From an uncultured Acidobacteriota bacterium (lineage in GTDB: Bacteria; Acidobacteriota; Thermoanaerobaculia; Gp7-AA8), in NCBI GenBank assembly GCA_963741955.1, contig CAVUKB010000006.1:416001-480000 (forward strand): 64,000 bases of DNA, in the 5' to 3' direction. This document shows positions 60,223 through 64,000 of this stretch, in pieces; within the stretch, counting starts at the first letter, position 1; every line of letters begins with the position of its first letter. The notes below the pieces were generated by a model. It searched no databases, was not told the origin of the DNA, and saw nothing but the letters and a program-made list of their open reading frames with translations. The position numbers and the translations under genes were made by a program.

Positions 60223-60765
60223 TTACGGTCGGATCTGGAATGAAGCCGGAGCCGCGCACTTCAGTGGGTCGCCGTCCACGTACGCCTCTGCCTTCCAGGT
60301 CCCGTACAACGAATGACTCATGATCAATGTTCCGGCGACCGGAAGCCGCACGCTGGTTCCGAGCTCCTTTCCTTTCGACCAGCTCACCGGTTCGAGCACG
60401 CGCACCGGCATCGGAAGCGGATAGTCTTCGAGCTTCCTCTGTTTTCCTTTCCCATTCGCGTCGTACGTGAAGGGAATCGCGGTCGACTGGTAGAGATAGC
60501 CGTGGGGAGTGAAGATCCTCACTTCCACCTGGTGGTCGCCGGAGAAGCGATTCGCCGAGCCAGGGTTGAACAAGACCCAGAGATCGATGTCCAGGATCCG
60601 GGTCGCGGAGAAGCCGGCTGCGGGCGCTCCTCCGTCCGATTGCATCGATGTGGCCACCACGGAGACACACCCGCCGTTCCCGCCGGCAGCAGCGAATGCG
60701 GGTGAAACCGCACCTGCGAAGACGACGGTCATCGCCAGAAGAGTCGATCGTATCGTTTTCATCAT
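60223..60765 (-). CDS. Secreted hypothetical protein (beta-sandwich-like)
   Basis: Signal peptide ending SPAFA; GGGGAG RBS; GTWKAEAYVDG Ig-like end; two Cys in the mature part. Confidence 0.75.
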   Translation of the reverse strand: MMKTIRSTLLAMTVVFAGAVSPAFAAAGGNGGCVSVVATSMQSDGGAPAAGFSATRILDIDLWVLFNPGSANRFSGDHQVEVRIFTPHGYLYQSTAIPFTYDANGKGKQRKLEDYPLPMPVRVLEPVSWSKGKELGTSVRLPVAGTLIMSHSLYGTWKAEAYVDGDPLKCAAPASFQIRP

Positions 60766-60778
60766 TCACTCTCCCCTG

Positions 60779-63700
60779 TCACGGCGTGACGCAGTAGACG
60801 GAGCCACCTTCGGTCCCCACGTAGATCCAGTTGTTGAGGAAGTCGATGATCGGCGCTCCGACCGAGCCGGCATCGATGGAGCGGACGGTCTGCGACGGAG
60901 AAGCCGTGTTCAGGCCGTTCAGCCTGACCAGTTTTCCGTCTCCGGTGCCGACCCATCCGTCGGTTCCGTTGGTGACGATGTTCGACGGCGAGACGAGAGA
61001 TCCTGCACCGCTGGCCGGAGTTGCCCAGTTCAGTGTCGCGGAGGGGCCGTTGTCGGTCAGACTCCAGACCCGGTTCGTCGTCGTGAAGTAGAGTCGAGTC
61101 GTCGCCCAGTCGGGATAGACGTACGTCTTGATCGGCCCGTCGCCGGTTGGATAGCTCCACAACAGTGTGCCGGTCGCTTCGCTGAGCGCGTAGACGTCGC
61201 CGTTGTTGTTTCCGACGTACAACACGCCGTTCCGGATGGTCGGTGCCGTCTCGGCATCGCCGATCGGAAGAGCCCAGGCCAGCGATGCACCGCCTGCGGT
61301 GTAATTCAGGCACCAGACTGTATTCGAGCTTCCCCCGGATTCCGCGCGACTGGTGAAAAAGAGCCTCTGGGTTGCCGCATCGACGCTCGGGATCGCGGTG
61401 ACTACGCCGATCGCGCTCGCTCCTCCGCCGTTGTCGTAGCTCCAGACGGTCGCTCCCGTTGCGGCGTTGAGCGCGTAGACCACATTCCCCGTGGAGGAGT
61501 TTCTCGTCGCCGCAAACACGAGATCCAAGCCGCCGATCGTGCTCTTGTACTGACGGAATGCGATCGCCACCGGGGCCTGCACCATGTCGCCGAGCTGCGC
61601 GCTCATCCAGAGCCGGACTCCGGTGTCTGCGTCGAAACAGTAGACGTGTCCGTCCTGCGAGGAGACGAACGTGACGCGGGTGCTGCCCGAGATCGGGAAA
61701 AGTGTGGTCGGAACGATGATCGTCCGCCCCTGGGCCGGCGCGTTCATCGCCGGCGGCTTCCACTCCTTCGGTGCGAGCTCGGGCCAGTCACCACCCGGAA
61801 CGCTGACGTTCATCGAGTGGAGGCGGCGATCGTTCGAGACGCTGTAAACCGCGGTGTAGCTCGTCGGCGGAGCGAGCGCAGTCGCGCCGGAGTTGTAGAT
61901 CCAGCGCACGTCCTGGCCCGCCGACGTATCGCGAGGTGATCCGGAAGCGAAAGTTCCGGTCGAGTAAACTCCGGGACCCCCGGTGGCGGTCGCGGTCTGG
62001 CACGAGGAGAGTGATGACTCGCAGCTCCCGGTCGCATCGACGGAGGAGACCTGGTAGGAGTAGGTCGAACCGCCGGTCACGGCAGCGTCATCATAGCTCG
62101 TTGTGGCGACGCCGCTCGTCAGGAGCGTGGCCCCGGTGCACGTCGCGCCGTCGGCGCGGTAGACGTTGTAGGTCGCGCCGGCGGGCGTGCCCGCGGTCCA
62201 CGCGAGGTGGATGGTGTTGCTCGTGGGCGTCGTAAGCGTCAGGCCCGTCGGCGCGCCGGGGGTGGTGCACGAGGTGGTGGTCACCGAGACGCACGAAGAG
62301 GCGACGGACTCGCAGTTGCCGGTGGCGGCATCGACGGCAGTGACGCGGTACCAGTAAGTCGCTCCGGTCGTCGCAGTCGTGTCCGTGTACGACGTTCCGC
62401 TCACGGGTGACGCGTTCAACTTCGTGAAGATACCCGCCGGGCACGTCTCGGTCGAACGGTAGACGTTGTAGGTCACTCCCGCACCGGAGCTGGCCCACGT
62501 CACTGTATTCGAGGTCGAGGAGAGTGGTGATGCGACCACGCTGGCGGGAATCGCCGGCGCGCTGCACGTCGCACACGTGCTGAATCTGAAGCTGCCGATT
62601 CGCGTGTTCCAGTTGAACGATCCATTCGCAGCCAGGTACTCGGTCGTGAACCAGAAAGTGCATTCGTCGGTGGGATCGACGGTGAGCGACGAATAGTCGC
62701 CCCACCGATGCAGCGTCCCGGTCTGAGAGCCTGATCCAGGAAACATCGTGGCCTCGGTCTGCAGAGTGTTCGCCGGATCCGTGGAGAGCCTCCCGGTGTA
62801 TTCGATCGACGGATTGATCGAGGCGCTCGAGATGCTGTATCCGATTGCGATGTCCCCGAACTTGTCCATCGCGATGCTTCCCATCCATCGATCCTCGGTG
62901 GTGCTCGGGTTGTACGTGCTTTGCTGGTAGAGGCTCGGTGTCCCGTTCGGGTCACGAATCTCGTACCACCGGAGCGCCGACTGCTGCGCGCCGCCACCGT
63001 CGGGATCGACGGAATGTGTCACCACCAGCGATTCATGCGTCCCGAAATTGCGATAGGAGAGATGCCACATCAACCGGTCGGCCAGAGTATCGAGGGTATT
63101 CGACGTGCCCGCCTGGGCGATGCAACTTCCTGCCGCGCCATTACACGCGATTGTGATCGGACTGACTCCTATGATCGTCGGACCGCTGATACTCGAATTT
63201 GCGGGCGTCGCAAAATCCGAATGGAACTTCCAGAGCTGTAGACAGCCGCTCGCGTCGGCCGCGCCGCAGCCCGCCGAGGTATTGTCGAATGAGACGAAAA
63301 AGTTCGGCTCCCCGGGCGGAGGTGGGGTCGTTCCGTCCCAGTCTGCAGGGAGAAGACCACCATAGGTGGTTCCGAGATTGAAGTAGATCGCCGATGCGGA
63401 AGGGTTCCCGGCGAGCATTGCGGCACGATCGTAAGCGTAGACGCCGGCGCCTTCCCAGTTCTGGAGCCTCCTGCCGGAGAATTGGTTCACCGACATGTAG
63501 TACGCGTCCCTCCAGACCCCGGACTTGCCGTAGTCGTTGAAGACATCAGTGGTCCCGGCGACGCTCGGGAACGCGTAGCGATACCAGGTTCCGGTCGGAT
63601 CCGGCGATGTGGAGACCGCGACGCACTGATAGAACGGAGCGGCCGGATACCCGCTTCCACCGACCGTGAACGCGAATTGACTCATGAACCAGCGGTCGGC

Positions 63701-64000
63701 CGACGCATCGTACATGACCAGCGGGTCACCCTGGTTCGTGCTGGCACAAAGCCCGCCACCGCCCGAGAAACCGCTCCAGATCGTGTTGCCGGGTGCAGGA
63801 TTGCCGGACGTCGGATAGACGATGCCCCCGTTCTTGTCGAAGATCAGGAAGTCGGTGTTGACCCACTGGATGTAGTGATTGGGGCCGACCTCGCCCTCGG
63901 TATCGGGTGGAGCGACGGATGGCGAGTAGCCTACGATGCCCGTGCCCACGCCTTCGAAGGTCCCGTTCAAAACCGGGGCGAACGTCGCTCCGCCGGCCGT
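60779..64000 (-). CDS. Large secreted-type protein (>1070 aa, 5' end outside window): RWGDYS-type domain + 2 FN3 + PQQ/BamB-like beta-propeller
   Basis: Frame open to 64000; PPDTEGEVGPNHY, GDPLVMYD, HRWGDYSS; FN3 (TYNVYR..YWYRVTAVD); repeats VYCFDADTG..LW, VYALNAATG..VWSY, VYALSEATG..LWSY. Confidence 0.85.
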   Translation of the reverse strand, partial: TAGGATFAPVLNGTFEGVGTGIVGYSPSVAPPDTEGEVGPNHYIQWVNTDFLIFDKNGGIVYPTSGNPAPGNTIWSGFSGGGGLCASTNQGDPLVMYDASADRWFMSQFAFTVGGSGYPAAPFYQCVAVSTSPDPTGTWYRYAFPSVAGTTDVFNDYGKSGVWRDAYYMSVNQFSGRRLQNWEGAGVYAYDRAAMLAGNPSASAIYFNLGTTYGGLLPADWDGTTPPPPGEPNFFVSFDNTSAGCGAADASGCLQLWKFHSDFATPANSSISGPTIIGVSPITIACNGAAGSCIAQAGTSNTLDTLADRLMWHLSYRNFGTHESLVVTHSVDPDGGGAQQSALRWYEIRDPNGTPSLYQQSTYNPSTTEDRWMGSIAMDKFGDIAIGYSISSASINPSIEYTGRLSTDPANTLQTEATMFPGSGSQTGTLHRWGDYSSLTVDPTDECTFWFTTEYLAANGSFNWNTRIGSFRFSTCATCSAPAIPASVVASPLSSTSNTVTWASSGAGVTYNVYRSTETCPAGIFTKLNASPVSGTSYTDTTATTGATYWYRVTAVDAATGNCESVASSCVSVTTTSCTTPGAPTGLTLTTPTSNTIHLAWTAGTPAGATYNVYRADGATCTGATLLTSGVATTSYDDAAVTGGSTYSYQVSSVDATGSCESSLSSCQTATATGGPGVYSTGTFASGSPRDTSAGQDVRWIYNSGATALAPPTSYTAVYSVSNDRRLHSMNVSVPGGDWPELAPKEWKPPAMNAPAQGRTIIVPTTLFPISGSTRVTFVSSQDGHVYCFDADTGVRLWMSAQLGDMVQAPVAIAFRQYKSTIGGLDLVFAATRNSSTGNVVYALNAATGATVWSYDNGGGASAIGVVTAIPSVDAATQRLFFTSRAESGGSSNTVWCLNYTAGGASLAWALPIGDAETAPTIRNGVLYVGNNNGDVYALSEATGTLLWSYPTGDGPIKTYVYPDWATTRLYFTTTNRVWSLTDNGPSATLNWATPASGAGSLVSPSNIVTNGTDGWVGTGDGKLVRLNGLNTASPSQTVRSIDAGSVGAPIIDFLNNWIYVGTEGGSVYCVTP

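Noticed and set aside
59990-60769. 259-aa ORF as a real protein
   Set aside because: It overlaps the 60223-60765 gene in another frame; only the last 54 codons have their own RBS and a sensible sequence.

Overview
This is a high-GC bacterial chromosomal window. The gene content (secD/secF/yajC/tgt, maeB, glmS, mnmA, trmFO, xerC, many two-component systems) suggests an Acidobacteriota-like organism, but that is inference only. About 52 kb is housekeeping and signalling genes interspersed with several families of non-coding repeats: GTAG-type REP/REPIN-like units, a GGAGTCTGCG-ended MITE-like element, a 175-bp palindrome, and inverted 7-/9-mer arrays at convergent gene junctions. There are three tRNAs (Pro-GGG, Pro-TGG, His-GTG). 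The main find is a tightly coupled minus-strand operon at 55651-64000. In order it encodes a large secreted FN3/beta-propeller protein (cut by the window edge), a small secreted protein, an unannotated 54-aa precursor-like peptide (YEKP leader motif, C-x8-C core, C-terminal Ser), a radical SAM enzyme with a truncated SPASM domain, an HPr-kinase-like P-loop protein, a SAM methyltransferase, a PqqD/RRE, a lasso-B2-type cysteine peptidase and an NDP-sugar epimerase. No lasso cyclase is present in the window, so this looks like an uncharacterised RiPP system. Other oddities: a ComEA-like HhH insert in SecF, a receiver-ECF sigma fusion, a GHMP kinase with an extra C-terminal domain, an orphan ThiH/HydG-like radical SAM gene, and a secreted-protein gene broken by four +1 frameshifts. 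All family calls come from motif recognition by eye; no searches were run.
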